A DNA stretch of 64,000 nt from Malacoraja senta (Eukaryota), in NCBI GenBank assembly GCA_038087875.1, contig JAXLNO010000487.1:1-64000 (forward strand). The letters run 5' to 3'. Shown here piece after piece: positions 37,329-50,092 of this stretch; position 1 is the stretch's first letter, and each line of letters starts with the position of its first letter. The notes beneath the pieces are model-generated. The model did not search any database. It had not been told where the DNA came from and saw only the letters and a list, made by a program, of their open reading frames with translations. Made by a program: the position numbers and the translations under genes.

Positions 37329-38279
37329 AAAGTCAGAGTACAGAGGATTCAGAGCAGTTTTGATCCATTTGACAAGCCACAAACTCAAGTGAAAAGGGTC
37401 CATTCTAAGAACAATGCGTGCATTAACTTCAAGAGCTCTTCCAGTGGTAAAGAATCTCCAAAGTTCAGACGACATTCCAGCCCCAGTTCACCAACAAGCC
37501 CCAAATTTGGAAAAGCTGACTCCTACGAAAAATTGGAAAAACTCGGTGAAGGGTCCTATGCAACGGTATATAAAGGAAAGAGCAAGGTGAATGGGAAATT
37601 GGTAGCTCTGAAGGTTATCAGACTGCAGGAGGAGGAAGGAACCCCTTTCACAGCAATCAGAGAAGCTTCTTTGCTGAAAGGGTTGAAACATGTGAACATA
37701 GTACTGCTTCATGACATCATTCATACAAAGGAAGCCTTGACTCTTGTGTTTGAATATGTGTTTGCATACGGATTTATGCCAGTACATGGATAAATATCCA
37801 GGAGGGCTTCTTCCAGATAATGTGAAGCTCTTTCTGTTTCAGCTGCTGCGGGGTCTCTCCTACATTCATCAGCAATACATCTTGCACCGAGATTTAAAGC
37901 CTCAGAACCTGCTGATCAGTGATACTGGAGAACTGAAACTGGCAGATTTTGGACTTGCCCGGGCCAAGTCGGTACCCAGCCACACCTACTCCAACGAGGT
38001 AGTTACCCTGTGGTATAGACCTCCAGATGTCCTCTTGGGCTCCACAGAGTATTCCACCTGCCTCGACATGTGGGGTGTGGGTTGCATTTTTGTCGAAATG
38101 ATTCAAGGAGTCGCTGCATTCCCTGGAATGAAGGATATTCGGGATCAATTGGAGCGAATATTTTTGGTTTTGGGAACTCCAACAGAGGAAACCTGGTCTG
38201 GAGTTAGCTCTTTACCGTACTTGAAAACAGATCGCATCACACAGTACAGTTCTAAAAAACTTCGACAAGCATGGTATAA
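37329..38279 (+). pseudogene. CDK14: Processed (intronless) CDK14/PFTK1 retrocopy, 5'-truncated, with a 4-bp frameshift
   Basis: [142 protein letters not shown], with no introns. Extra TTTG at 37761-37764 between EYV and HTDL; the last kinase subdomain is missing. Confidence 0.93.
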
Positions 38280-38619
38280 TTTCACTCGTTTTTCAATATT
38301 AAGAATGACAGCACTGGAAAATCATTAAACTTAAGAGCAGAGATGCTAACTTCCTGACTCGCGTCTGATTATTGAATCGGGGTTGGCTGGCTGTCAATCT
38401 ACGTTCTACTGTTAACATTACGTAGGGAGGACAGTTCAGTCATGGAAAAATATTTCCTGTAAATTTGATCCCTGAAAAGACAGGTCACAGCATCCAGTGG
38501 TTACCTGATGGATCACTGTTGACCACAGCAGGGAGGGAGGGAGTTTATTTGGCATCTGCACTAGATTTGTACTGGAAGAAAGAGATACTATCCTTACTTG
38601 CTGCAGCTTTACAGGCATA

Positions 38620-39720
38620 TTAGACATAATAAAAGCAACAAATAAATCTACAATGAATTATCAGTCATTCTAAGTGAACTAAACCATGATAGTGCAAAAC
38701 AAAGTATGGCGAGCAACCATAGTCGTGCAGAGTCTGGTGGTTTAATGCTGGGGTTGGGATGTGTAGGGTGGTTCAAGAACTTGATGGTTAATGGGAAGAA
38801 GCCCATGTTGAACCTGAAGGTAATGGTCCACATGCTCCTGTACCACCTTCCCGATGGTAGCAGCAAGAAGAGGGCATTGTCAGAATGATTGTGGGTCTTT
38901 GATGATATTAGCTGCCTTCTTGAGGCAGCACTTCCGATAGAACCCTTCGATGTTGAGCATGTCAGTATATTTCTGTGATGCATTGGGTGATGTCCACCAC
39001 TTTCTGCAGCTTCCTTCCTTCTTGAGTGCTTGAATTACCAAACCATGCATCCAGTTAGTATTGCCTTGTAGAGTTTCAAGAGAGGAGATTCGGTGATATG
39101 CCAAATCTCCCCTAACCTCTGAGAAAGTAGAGGGATTATAGGGTTATCTTTGCTATTGCAACAATATACTAAGCCCAGGACAAGTCATCAGAGATGTGTC
39201 GGCCAGGAACTTGAAGCTACTGACTCTCTCCACACCATCTCACCAATGAATTCAGATGCATCGACCCTCTGCTTTCCCTTCCTGAAGTCTACTATCAGCA
39301 TCTTGATCTTGCTAACATTGAGAAATACTTTGTTGATCTGGCACCACTCAATCCTATTGTCCATCTCCCTCCTGTACTTGTTTACACTGTTATTCGTCCA
39401 ATAGCGGCAACATTATTGTCGGCGATTTGCACCCACTGTCGTGGCAGTAGGTGAATTGAAAAGGATCCAGATCATCACTGAGGCAGCACTTGATTTACAA
39501 CATAACAAATCTCTTGAATCCCTTCATCACAATGTGTCACCCATTGGTGGTCATCGAGGCATGTCATCTGGCTCTTCTTGGGCACTGGTATTATTGACAT
39601 TCATTTAAAGCAAGTGGGGACCTTGGAAAATAGCAGTGGTTGAAAGTGTCTACAAAAACTTCAGCCAGTTGGTTAGCACAGGTCTTGAGAACATAGCCAG
39701 GTTTACCATCAGGGCTGGAT
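38620..39720 (-). mobile_element. Old Rex-Babar-type LINE fragment
   Basis: Minus-frame 'CLKKAANIIKDP', 'LLLPSGRWYRS..RF..GFFPLTIKFLN'. Confidence 0.75.
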
Positions 39721-41089
39721 GCTTTTAACTCCCTTAAAATCAGTGAGAAAGACACATTTTACAGTGTATTGTAACTTGAGCACATTTGGCTCTTGGGGAT
39801 TACTGTGGGTCTGCAACCATGTGACACACAGCTTTATGTGAGTTCTCTTAATTAAGTTATAAGGATAAAGGGATTTGGAAGAGTTCAAATGTCTTCAGTG
39901 ATGAACACCGCAAAGTTTCACTGATGGAGCTGTTCAGCAAGAGTGCTCTGAATGAGAGTGTTAAAACCACACCAGCAGAATGTTTGAACTGATGGAAGGA
40001 TTACATAAGCAGCGACAAGCCTGCGGTTTATAAAGATCGTGACGTGAACCGAAAACAAAAACTGTGGGAGCTGCAGTGTGTATTAGCTCATGCCCCTTTT
40101 AAGCTGTCAGCTTGGAGTTCTTCTCCACAGTCAATGCCAGCCTTGTCACACAGGACGCCATCCCTGCAGGAACCAGCTCACGATGATAATGCACAATTAG
40201 AAATTCTGAAACAACTTAGAACTAAAGACCGTCGACAGCTGCCGCAAGGTCTCGGATCAAGTTTCATTTCAGGCGACGTGGTCTGAGAAGCAAGAAAGGC
40301 AACGTGGTGCCTTTATTCAGCCGGCCAGTGCAGTCACTGACTATTTTTAAGCTCTGGTGGTAAGTCTATGGAAATGAATCACAACAACAAAAAAGACGTG
40401 GCTGGAGCCAACGGCTCGGAAGCAAATGGAACGCATTGGGTTTGCCATCTAAATATCAAAATTAGAATCCTGCAGCTTTCTGCATTATTTCTCGTGGATG
40501 TAGCACAGTAAAAGCTATAGTTCACCAGCTCCATTGTGAATTTCTCACCTCACCAGGAAAATTGGAAAACTAAATTGGTGTTTTGGAATTTCAAAAAGAT
40601 AATACGTTGTTCTTGACGTTTCTGCTATGAAGTTCTCGAGAGCAGACTTTCCCTGACTTTTCGTTGCATATCCTCACATAACTACTCGCACACCACTCTG
40701 GGCTGCATTACTCATAAAGCTTTTAATATTCTTATCTATTAAACACCAGTTTTCTTTGATTGTTTTAAAATGTTTGGAATGTATTACACTCTAATGCACT
40801 TATTTCTCTTTCTTTTTTTCTTTTGTGTGTGCTCTCACTCTCTCCCCCTCACTTGTCCCCTCTTTATTTCTCATGACACAATATCTCTTACTCTGGACAT
40901 TGTGAAGTTCATGATTCATGAATAAAACTTCACAATGCCCACGGCCAAACTGTGTTAATTCTCCTTTCATCCTGGCACATAATTGTAAGCACTGGAATTA
41001 GAGTAATATTATGTAACTGGTACCTTGTACCTTGTGGTCACCACTTCCGAAGAGTCCACCAGGGACTATACTGGAAGTTGCACAATTTA

Positions 41090-41312
41090 TACTGGACAAT
41101 TTTTACATTTATCAAACCAATTAACCTACAAACCTGTACGTCTTTGGAGTGTGGGAGGAAACCAAAGATCTCGGAGAAAACCCACGCAGGTCACGGGGAG
41201 AACGCACAAACTCCATACTGACAGCGCCCGTAATCGGGATCGAACCCGTGTCTCCGGCGCTGCATTTTTGCTGTAAGGCAGCAACTCTACCGCTGCACCA
41301 CCGTGACTGCCC
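41090..41312 (-). mobile_element. V-SINE
   Basis: 'aattaacctacaaacctgtacgtctttggagtgtgggaggaaacc...gatcgaaccc...ctctaccgctgcaccaccgtg'. Confidence 0.88.
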
Positions 41313-41677
41313 AGGTAACCCAGGATGTTTCATTAACTTGGTGTGCGTCTTGCTGAGTTCTACTGATTGTATTCAAAGAAGAACGATAAAGCTGGACATG
41401 AGACCAAACAATTCTTTGTTTGGTCTCATGTTGTGGTCCTGTTATGAGTTGTGTTTTTGGGAAATGCTGAACTCCAACAAACAGTTCTATCTATTTCCTT
41501 GCGTCAAATTGTGGGTCACTCTGGGCTGCTCATTTCCTATCTGAGGCAGCAAGGACCACCAGATGGTGTGTCAAGCAACTCAGTGAAGCCTCTTAATGTC
41601 CAGGCTTTCTTTGATTTATTTTGGCAGTGTAACTTGTTTTGTGACCATCAATGTACAGCATGGTGTATCTGTCTTAT

Positions 41678-42180
41678 ATAGAAACATAGAAAATAAGTGC
41701 AGGAGGAGGCCATTTGGCCCTTCAAGCTTGCACCGCCATTCATTGTGTTCATGGCTGAATATCCAAATCAGTAACCCGTGCCTGCCTTCTCCCCTTATCC
41801 CTCGATTCCGCTAGCCCTTAGAGCTATATCTAGCTCTCTTAAATTCATCCAGTGCATTGGCCTCTACTGCCTTCTGTGGCAGAGAATTCCACAAATTCAC
41901 AACTCTCTGGGTGAAAACGTTTTTTCTCATCTCAGTTTTAAATGTCCTCCCCTTTATTCTTAGACTGTGGCCCCTTGTTCTGGACTCGCCGAACATTGGG
42001 AACATTTTTCTTGCATCTAGCTTGTCCAGTCCTTTTATAATTTTATACGTTTCTATAAGATCCACTCTCATCCTTCTAAATTCCAGTGAATACAAGATCA
42101 GTCTTTCCAATCTTTCCTCATACGACAGTCCCACTATCATGTGGGTTAACCTCATGAACCTACGCTGCACTGCCTCAATC
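41678..42180 (-). mobile_element. CR1 LINE 3' fragment
   Basis: ORF 41811-42170 'QRRF..LSYEERLERL.LYSLEFRRMR.DLIETYKII..FTQRVVNLWNSLP'; (ATAGAAAC) tail. Confidence 0.9.
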
Positions 42181-43639
42181 TTATCGGCGATATTTACTCA
42201 TGAGGCCAAATCCACGTAGAACAGTTTTGTAAATTAGTGAAAGGTACGAGTAAATGATGAATTGCAGAATGGTTTAATTGTTCTTTGAGATGTCTAAATC
42301 TAGCTATCTTTAAAATAGTTCATTGGGAAAGAAGGAACCAACTGTCTGAAGGCGAGGGAATACATCTTTATATAATTCTTTCTATATCTCTCATCCTGTG
42401 CTCCTGAGTTAACAGTTGGGGTAAGCATTGCCATCAGAATGTAGGAATAGCAAATAAGGCTGTGGATCTGTGCACCACCAATCAGTCTTTTTTGTTTAAT
42501 TTAGTACTTGAGATATGCAAGTGTATGGTTGGTTGCTTCTGGACCAAAGGATACAATTACATATTGTTTAGCAAGTGGTGTATGTTTCTGATTTTTGATT
42601 TCTTCCACTTCATATCTTAAATAGAGAATCTAAAATGATAGGAACAGCAGCTCAAAGAGAGTAAATCCAAGCAAGAGACGATTTACAGCTGGAATTAATA
42701 ATCAATGGACTGCATTGCTTAAACTGCAGTAAACTGGTGTTTCTTACAAGGCCATGCAAAAGTTTGTAAATAGCGCTATTAACTTAGATTTATAAATGAA
42801 CCATCATGATAACCCATCATCAGGGAAGTTTAATCTCTTGTAGTCCTGTACATTTGAGAACTCCAGCATTTCAAACTGAAGTTCAGATTTTGCAACAAGA
42901 CCTTAAAGTTCATATTCATTCTCCTAAACTGGAGAGAATGGACATTGAAACACACAAATTGAGTGGAAAGCATTTTGTATTGTTGTTACTTAATCCAGGT
43001 TTTAACTGTATCAGTGAATTCAAATAGTTCTCTGCAATCTATCTCAATGCAGGTGCCCTTTGCCCCATTTTTGTTTAATTCTACATATGCGCCCGCAATT
43101 GCTGCACTCTGCACTCTGTTGATCACTCCTCACTGAAGAAACTAACCTGTATGAATTGAATTACTCATCAAATATTATTTTCCTGCAAAAATGTTCGGCT
43201 TATGGAGCAACCAGAAGTTAATAAACTAACATGGAGTTGTCAACTACGATCATCGTTGTAAGTCTGGGGTAACAAAGCTGGCATGCACAGACACTACACA
43301 TGTAGATCATTTTATATTTATCTTAGGTGCCTAATTCCCTTTATTTACCTCCCACAAAAGGCTTTTCCCTTTTATGTTTGCAGCTGAAGACAAGCAAGAT
43401 TAGACTTTAAACTCAGGTGCCTGAAGGAAGCTCACCTATAGTTGGATGATATAGCTGCTGAACTGCCCACTGCCTTTTTCCTTTATTCTTTAAATCATCA
43501 CCATAATTTCTGCTCCTTAAGTCAATGCTGGCTCTCAAACCAATCCCATCTGTTACTTTCCCCCCCTCCCCCATTTTTGCTGCCATCAATTCTCATTCTC
43601 ATGCTTACTAACTCTCCCCTATTCTCCTATTCTCTATCT

Positions 43640-43770
43640 TCGCAGGAAGAATTTATAGTAGCCAATCAACCCAATTATCTTCGTACATGGGAGGAAACTG
43701 GAGCATGTGGGGTAAACCCACATGGTCATAGGCAGAACTTGCAGCCTCTGCATAGGCTGACCCAGAGTCA
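43640..43770 (-). mobile_element. Degenerate V-SINE fragment
   Basis: 'tgggaggaaactggagcatgtggggtaaacccacatggtcatagg'. Confidence 0.55.
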
Positions 43771-44077
43771 GTGTAGTGGCTATTTGGCTTAACTTAGTAT
43801 GTTATAAATTATGGCATTTGCCTTTAAATTTTGTCTGCCTGTAATTATGCGGGTGGGATTTCTTATGTAATCGGAGGCGTGTTTGCTGCTGGGATTCTAG
43901 CGCAGAAGCTTGTAGTTTTTTAGTTTAGTGCGGAAGAAGCATGGAGGGATGGCATAGCTTTCTAACATGTCAGAGCCACATGCTGGAGTTTGACTACGAG
44001 TAAGATTAAAATACACTTAACAAGAAGAAGTTTGGATGAATATCTTACTGTTTTACTTCGACAATAAAGAAACTATT

Positions 44078-46101
44078 TTGATTATATGCGGATGATATAC
44101 TTTTATATATTACAAATTCACAAACGAGTATCCCGAATTTACTAAACTTAATAGAGGAATTTGGTTCTTTTTCTGGATATAGAATAAATTGGAACAAAAG
44201 TGAAATTATGTCACTAAAGCCGCAGAAAGCGAATCACCTATTAAAATTTCCATTTAAAATTGCAACGGAAAAATTTAAGTATCTGGGTATTCAGGTTACT
44301 AGATATACATCATTATTTAACGTTAATTGTACTTCTTTATTAAATAAATTGAATGCTCTGATTAAATTTTGGAAAACGCTCCCATTATCATTAATTGGCA
44401 GAATAAACGCTATAAAAATGATAGTTCTACCACAAATAATATATTTATTTCAATCCATACCAATATATATACCAAAATATATATTTTTTAAATTAGACTC
44501 TAATATTACCAATTTTATCTGGGACTATAAAGCACATAGAATTAAAAGAAACCACTTGTGCAAACCTAAAGAGGTAGGGGGACTTGCACTGCCTAATTTT
44601 TTAGATTATTATTGGGCAGTGCATATTAAGAATATAATTTATTGGTTGGATAGTCCTTCTCAACAGATGGAATGGATAAGAATGGAGAAAGAGGATTGTT
44701 CTCCGTACGATTTAGGAGCGATCCTCTTCTCCCCGATAAAATTGAACAATACATTATATAAGAAGAATCCAATTATACATAATATAATACGAATTTGGAA
44801 ACAAATAAAATTAACTTTAAAATTAAGAAACCTATCTTCACTAACACCAATAGTGAATAATCCGGTATTTAAACCATCTTTTATGGATAAAACTTATAGA
44901 CAATGGGAAAGATTGGGAATCAAAAAGGTGGGCGACATGTATGAAATGGGAAATTTATTATCATTTCAACAATTAAAATTAAAATTTAATCTGAATAACA
45001 ACCAATATTTTAAATATTTACAGATATGTGACTTTATGAAGAAATATATACCAAGATTTCAGAGCATAAGGATAGACCCACTGGAAGAAGCAATGAATAT
45101 TAAGGCGGACTCACAAAAATTAATATCATATCTATATAATAGTATTCTTAACAGAGAATTGCCATCAACAGAGGCAATTAGAGAAGACTGGGAAAAAGAA
45201 TTAATGATAAAAATTTCTAAAGAAACATGGGAAAAGTATTTGATATATATATATATAAATGTTCGATTAATGCTAGACACAATTTAATTAAACTTAAAAT
45301 ATTACACAGATTATACTATTCAAAAACTAGGTTGAATAAATTCTATTCAAATATTTCTCCCATCTGTGACAAATGTCTTTCCCAAAATGCTAATATCACA
45401 CACTCTTTTATTTCATGCACAAAACTTCATAAATATTGGTGTGATATATTTGATATATTCACTAGTCTATTTAAGATAAAAAATGGAACCTAATATTGAA
45501 ATGATTATATTCGGAGTAATAGGAGACGGGAACAAATTAAATATACCCCAAAATTCATTTTTAAATTATGGTTTAATAATAGCAAAAAAAACATACTCAA
45601 ATTTTGGAAAAATGCTACTATACCAACATTCAAAATGTGGATCAGTAATATGTTGGACACAGCCCACCTGGAAGAAATGAGACTCCTCCTAATAGACAAA
45701 CAAGACCAATTCTTAACGAGTTGGTCTCCATTTATTGATTTTTTGGATTCATGTGGTGCAACAGTATCGTAAAAATTAAAAGTTTCAGGTATGGGTGAAA
45801 GATGATCAAGAATATGAAAAAGCATCGACTTGTGGCGGGTGGATAATCTCCCTCCTGCTTCACTTCCCTACTTATTTCTTTTCTTTACTAGTTCTTATTC
45901 TCTTTTTTCCTCCTTTTTTTTTCCCACACACACTAGACTTTCCACTATTCTTTACTATTTCTCTCTTTCTTATCTCTTTCTAAAAAAAAAAAAGGATGTT
46001 GTACAAAGAATGTATTATGTTAACATAATTTTGGGAACCTGTAAAAAGGCACCACTGTACTGTACTTACTTCTAATAAATAAATAAATAAATAATTTTTA
46101 A
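44078..46101 (+). mobile_element. 5'-truncated L1-clade LINE (ORF2 RT C-half, Cys-rich domain, 3' UTR, A-rich tail)
   Basis: YADDILLY at ~44085, FSGYRINWNKS, FKYLGI, LPLSLIGRINAIKM, GGLALPNF..YYWA, CDKC..ANITHSFISC; (AAAT)n tail; candidate TSD AAAGA(A/G)ACTATT at 44066-44077 and 46102-46113. Confidence 0.92.
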
Positions 46102-46344
46102 AAAGAGACTATTAATCAAGAGACTGTTTTGAAGATTTATCTTTCGACGTCTTTGAATGTCTCGTGGAGAGCTCCCATGTGTAAAGGACGCTATCTCCTT
46201 ACCCCCGTGTCTTTTCATAGTGGCTAAAGGGAGAAATTCCTTGAACGATATAATAATCTGCCACTGTAGTCAGGATTTAACCCACAGGTCGCTGAATTGT
46301 GCAGCAGAAATACTACTTGCAGTGGCACTGTAGCACTCCACTCG

Positions 46345-46625
46345 TTACTTTAGACACTTCAGCATGGAAACAGCCCTACAGCCCACCGGGGTCCATGCTG
46401 ATCAGCGATCCCTGCATCGTACACACTAAGGACAATTTACAATTTTTACAATTGACTTACAAACCTGCTCATCTTTGGAGTGTGGGAGGAAACCGAAGCA
46501 CCCAGAGAAAACCCACATGGTCATGGGGAGAACGTACAAACTCCGTACTGATAGCACCCATAGTCAGGACCGAACGTGGGTCTCTGCCGCTGTCAGGCAG
46601 CAACTCTACTGCTGCACCACTGCAC
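46345..46625 (-). mobile_element. V-SINE
   Basis: V domain and tRNA-like head on the minus strand. Confidence 0.85.
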
Positions 46626-46904
46626 TACTCTCCTTTATCCTTCACTCTTATTTTTATTGCCTTTCTGCCTTTTTTCTTTTCATTCAGCCAAAACTGTTTG
46701 CAATACCTATGAGCGGTTACATGCACATGACCACGGGGAGAAAAAGACAAAAATGCAAGATTGGTGTTAAGGTTGGATGATTCTGCAATCTGTAACAGAA
46801 AAGTTAGTAGAAAGTAGAAATAAGCCCATAACAAAATTCAATCCTGATGAGGGCAAATATGCAGCCTTCTTCAGATTCAAACTGTCTTCACTGATTGTGT
46901 GCAC

Positions 46905-47851
46905 AATTCAAGTTCAAGTGAGTTTATTGTCATGTGTCCCTAATAGGACAATGAAATTCTTGCTTTGCTTCAGCACAACAGAACATAGTAGGCATTGACC
47001 ACAAGGCATTCTATAAATATATACACACGTGAATCAATATACTGATGAAGTGCAAATAACAGTATTGGCTAATAAAGTTCAGTGTTATGTCCGAGCCAGG
47101 TTTAATAGCCTGATGGCTGTGGGGAAGTAGCTATTCCTGAACCTGGTCGTTGCAGTCTTCAGGCTCCTGTACCTTCTACCTGAATGTAGTAGGGAGATGA
47201 GTGTGTGGCCAGGATGGTGTGGGTCCTTGATGATACTGCCAGCCTTTTTGAGGCAGCGACTGTGATAGATCCCCTCGATGGAAGGGAGGTCAGAGCCAAT
47301 GATGGACTGGGCAGTGTTTACTACTTTTTGTAGTCTTTTCCTCTCCAGGGCGCTCAAGTTGCCGAACCAAGCCATGATGCAACCGGTCAGCATGCTCTCT
47401 ACTGTGCACCTGTAGAAGTTAGAGAGAGTCCTCCTTGACAAACCAACTCTCCGTAATCTTCTCAGGAAGTAGAGGCGCTGATGTGCTTTCTTAATAATGG
47501 CATAAGTGTTCTCGGACCAGGAAAGATCTTCAGAGATGTGCACGCCCAGGAATTTGAAGCTCTTGACCCTTTCAACCATCGACCCGTTGATATAAACAGG
47601 ACTGTGGGTTCCCATCCTACTCCTTCCAAAGTCCATAATCAGTTCCTTGGTTTTGCTGGTGTTGAGGGCCAGGTTATTGTGCTGGCACCATATGTACAGT
47701 TGCTCGATCTCTCTTCTATACTCTGACTCATCCCCATCAGTGATGCGTCCCACAACAGTGGTGTCATCAGCGAACTTGATGATGGAGTTCGCACTATGTC
47801 CGGCTACGCAGTCATGAGTATAGAGTGTGTACAGCAGGTGGCTGAGCACGC
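46905..47851 (-). mobile_element. Young Rex1/Babar LINE 3' fragment with open RT C-terminal frame
   Basis: ORF 47085-47891 'LYTLYTHDC...IIKFADDTTVVG...LALNTSKTKELIMDF...FKFLGVHIS...KAHQRLYFLRRL...HPGH.L..LL.SGRRYRS...RFRNSYFP'; (CTTGAA)n tail. Confidence 0.92.
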
Positions 47852-48727
47852 AATTGTCACAATCAGTGTGTTTTGCTCCCTGTGCTGCCACTCTCCTTGC
47901 AGTTCCCTTTTCCTAGTGGGGTGAACTTCTGCTGTCCGATCCTTTATTCTTCTTGTGTTAACATAAGTATGCATTTTCATTTTTAACAGTGGGCGACGTC
48001 ATTACAGCCCTACTCCTCTGCGTAATCAGCAAGATTGTCAGCGGGCGATGAAGAGTAGAAAAGTTTCACCCTCCATCTCAACAGGTTACTCCAGCTACTC
48101 GAGCTTTAGAGTGGCTTTGCTTTTATTTTCAGGGCTTGGGTTTGAAAAAGAAAGATAATTTAATTTCCAAGTTGTGTTACTGCAACAACTCTGCTTCATA
48201 TTTGGCCATATCTCAAACTTGTGCTTGGAAGCTTAAACTGATTCATAGAATTGGCTATAAAAGACCAGGAGAAATCAGTTTATGGATTTGCCACCTACTT
48301 GCAGGTTCTTCTCCGATACAACCCAACTTCAAAATTTAGCATTGTTCCTTTGTGCCTAAAACCAGAAACAGCTTTAACAACACAAACATGATTCTCTTGC
48401 TGCAAAGACTGCAAAAGTTAAAAAAAAATGTTTTTCTGTCCTCACAAAACGATTAATAATAGGTAATAAATGTTGCAATGCTGGTGCCACCCACATCCTG
48501 TGTGTATTTTAATTTTAGCTGGAGCCTAGCGAATTTTATTGTATGACTTTTTTCTCGCTCTAAACCACATCCTGCTACTCAAATTACTTTCATTCTTAAT
48601 ATTTGACTTTTTTTAAATGATAGTTTAATAGAATATGATTTGTTCTGTGTGCTTAAATATAATACAGCTGGAACATATTCTCAGAGCTTGTGCTTTCTCA
48701 GAGAAAATTTTGCCCGAAGAAGATAGA

Positions 48728-48885
48728 TAGAGATCTGGTGTGGAAACAGGCCCTTCAGCCCACCACATCTGCACCGACCATCGATCACCCATACGGTAGT
48801 TCTATGTTCTCCCATTTTTGCATCCTACACACTAGGGGCAATTTACTGAAGCCAATTAACCTACAAACCTGCATGTCTTTGGAAT
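48728..48885 (-). mobile_element. V-SINE 3' half
   Basis: 'gtggaaacaggcccttcagcccacc...gccaattaacctacaaacctgcatgtctttgga'. Confidence 0.75.
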
Positions 48886-49499
48886 GATCTTGTGGATAAG
48901 AATTGATCTTAAGAATCTATGACATTTGTGCCTCATCGAAGTGAGGGTTTTCTGACCTGAGAAACTTTGCATGTTATGGCTCAATGTCAGATACCTTCTG
49001 ATCAAACGTGGCCCGCTATGATGGATAGAAGTTGTATTTAATTACCACATCCATGCTGCTCCAAAGTACAATGCACCTGGTGAATTATTTTTGTCTTGCT
49101 GTCCGCAGTTGCTAAATAGGTAAACATGGCAGTCAGATTAGGCACAGTAAGAATTCACAAACTACAAATAGTTTTTATGATAACCTTTGCTTGACTGTTC
49201 CTTGAACTCTCTGTCCTTTGAAAGATTCCCCGATATTTAATTTTAAATCATTCACAGGAACATGCAGATGTGACTCAATGTTTCATACAAAAGGCAACAT
49301 GTTTGATAAATGCAGCAGTCAATCGCTATTATCTTAAATCGTGAGTTTTGATTCAGGTTAAAGTTCACTGCACTGAGCAAATGTTGATTTTTAATTCTGT
49401 TTAGCAAATGGAAATTTTACTGCACGACTGAAGACGTCACTGTTTTCAACTGCAACCTCTTCATTGATTTAACTATGGCTGCTAAAGTGGACTGATTGA

Positions 49500-50092
49500 G
49501 GACGTGCGGCATGTTGCTGAATACACTATCGGACTTCTACAGGTGTATTGTAGAGAGTATTCAGACTGGCTGCATCCCAGCTTTGTTTGGTTCCCCAAAC
49601 GCCTAGGAACGAAGGAGGCTGCAGAAAGTGATGAATGTTGCCCGGGCCATCATGGATAATGATCTCCCCATCATTGAATGGATCTACAGCAAATGCTGCC
49701 ACATAAAGTCAGCTATTATCATCAAAGACCCACATCCCTGGCCACGCTTTCATCCTTCACCCACCATCGGGAAGAAGGTCTGAGAACCATGACAAGTTTC
49801 AAGTTCTCCATCCTCTTCCCACAACCATCAGCCTCATGAACCACACTGCACAATCCTAATTACGATCCTACCTCAGCAAATGATCTGCTATGGACAATTT
49901 TTGTTGCACTGTGTCCTCCAGTTTTTACTTTTTTTTGTCTGGTTACCTAGTAGTACTGATTATTAATTTATTGTATTATTGATTATTGTGTGCCTATTGT
50001 GTTGCATTAATGGGGCTGGAAAGCTGCAGCAAGTAAGAATGTCATTATTTTATTCTTGGTGCATATGGCAATTAAACACTCTTGATTCTTGA
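49500..50092 (+). mobile_element. Old Rex-Babar LINE 3' fragment
   Basis: 'acttctacaggtgtattgtagagagtat..gactggctgcatc...atcatcaaagacccaca..ccatcgggaagaagg...attaaacactcttgattcttga'. Confidence 0.75.

Noticed and set aside
37329..38279. Functional CDK14 gene or circRNA-derived pseudogene
   Set aside because: The frameshift and missing termini argue against an intact gene. Exon order is collinear and no back-splice to an upstream CDK14 segment is visible.
38626..38646. AATAAA signals as the poly(A) site of the retrocopy
   Set aside because: No poly(A) tract or TSD follows, and the A-rich stretch is explained by the antisense T-rich 3' UTR of the adjacent Rex-Babar LINE.
43364..43422. Strong-looking acceptor followed by a 33-nt candidate micro-exon
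   Set aside because: Weak donor (GTGCCT) and no recognisable peptide; such sites are frequent by chance.
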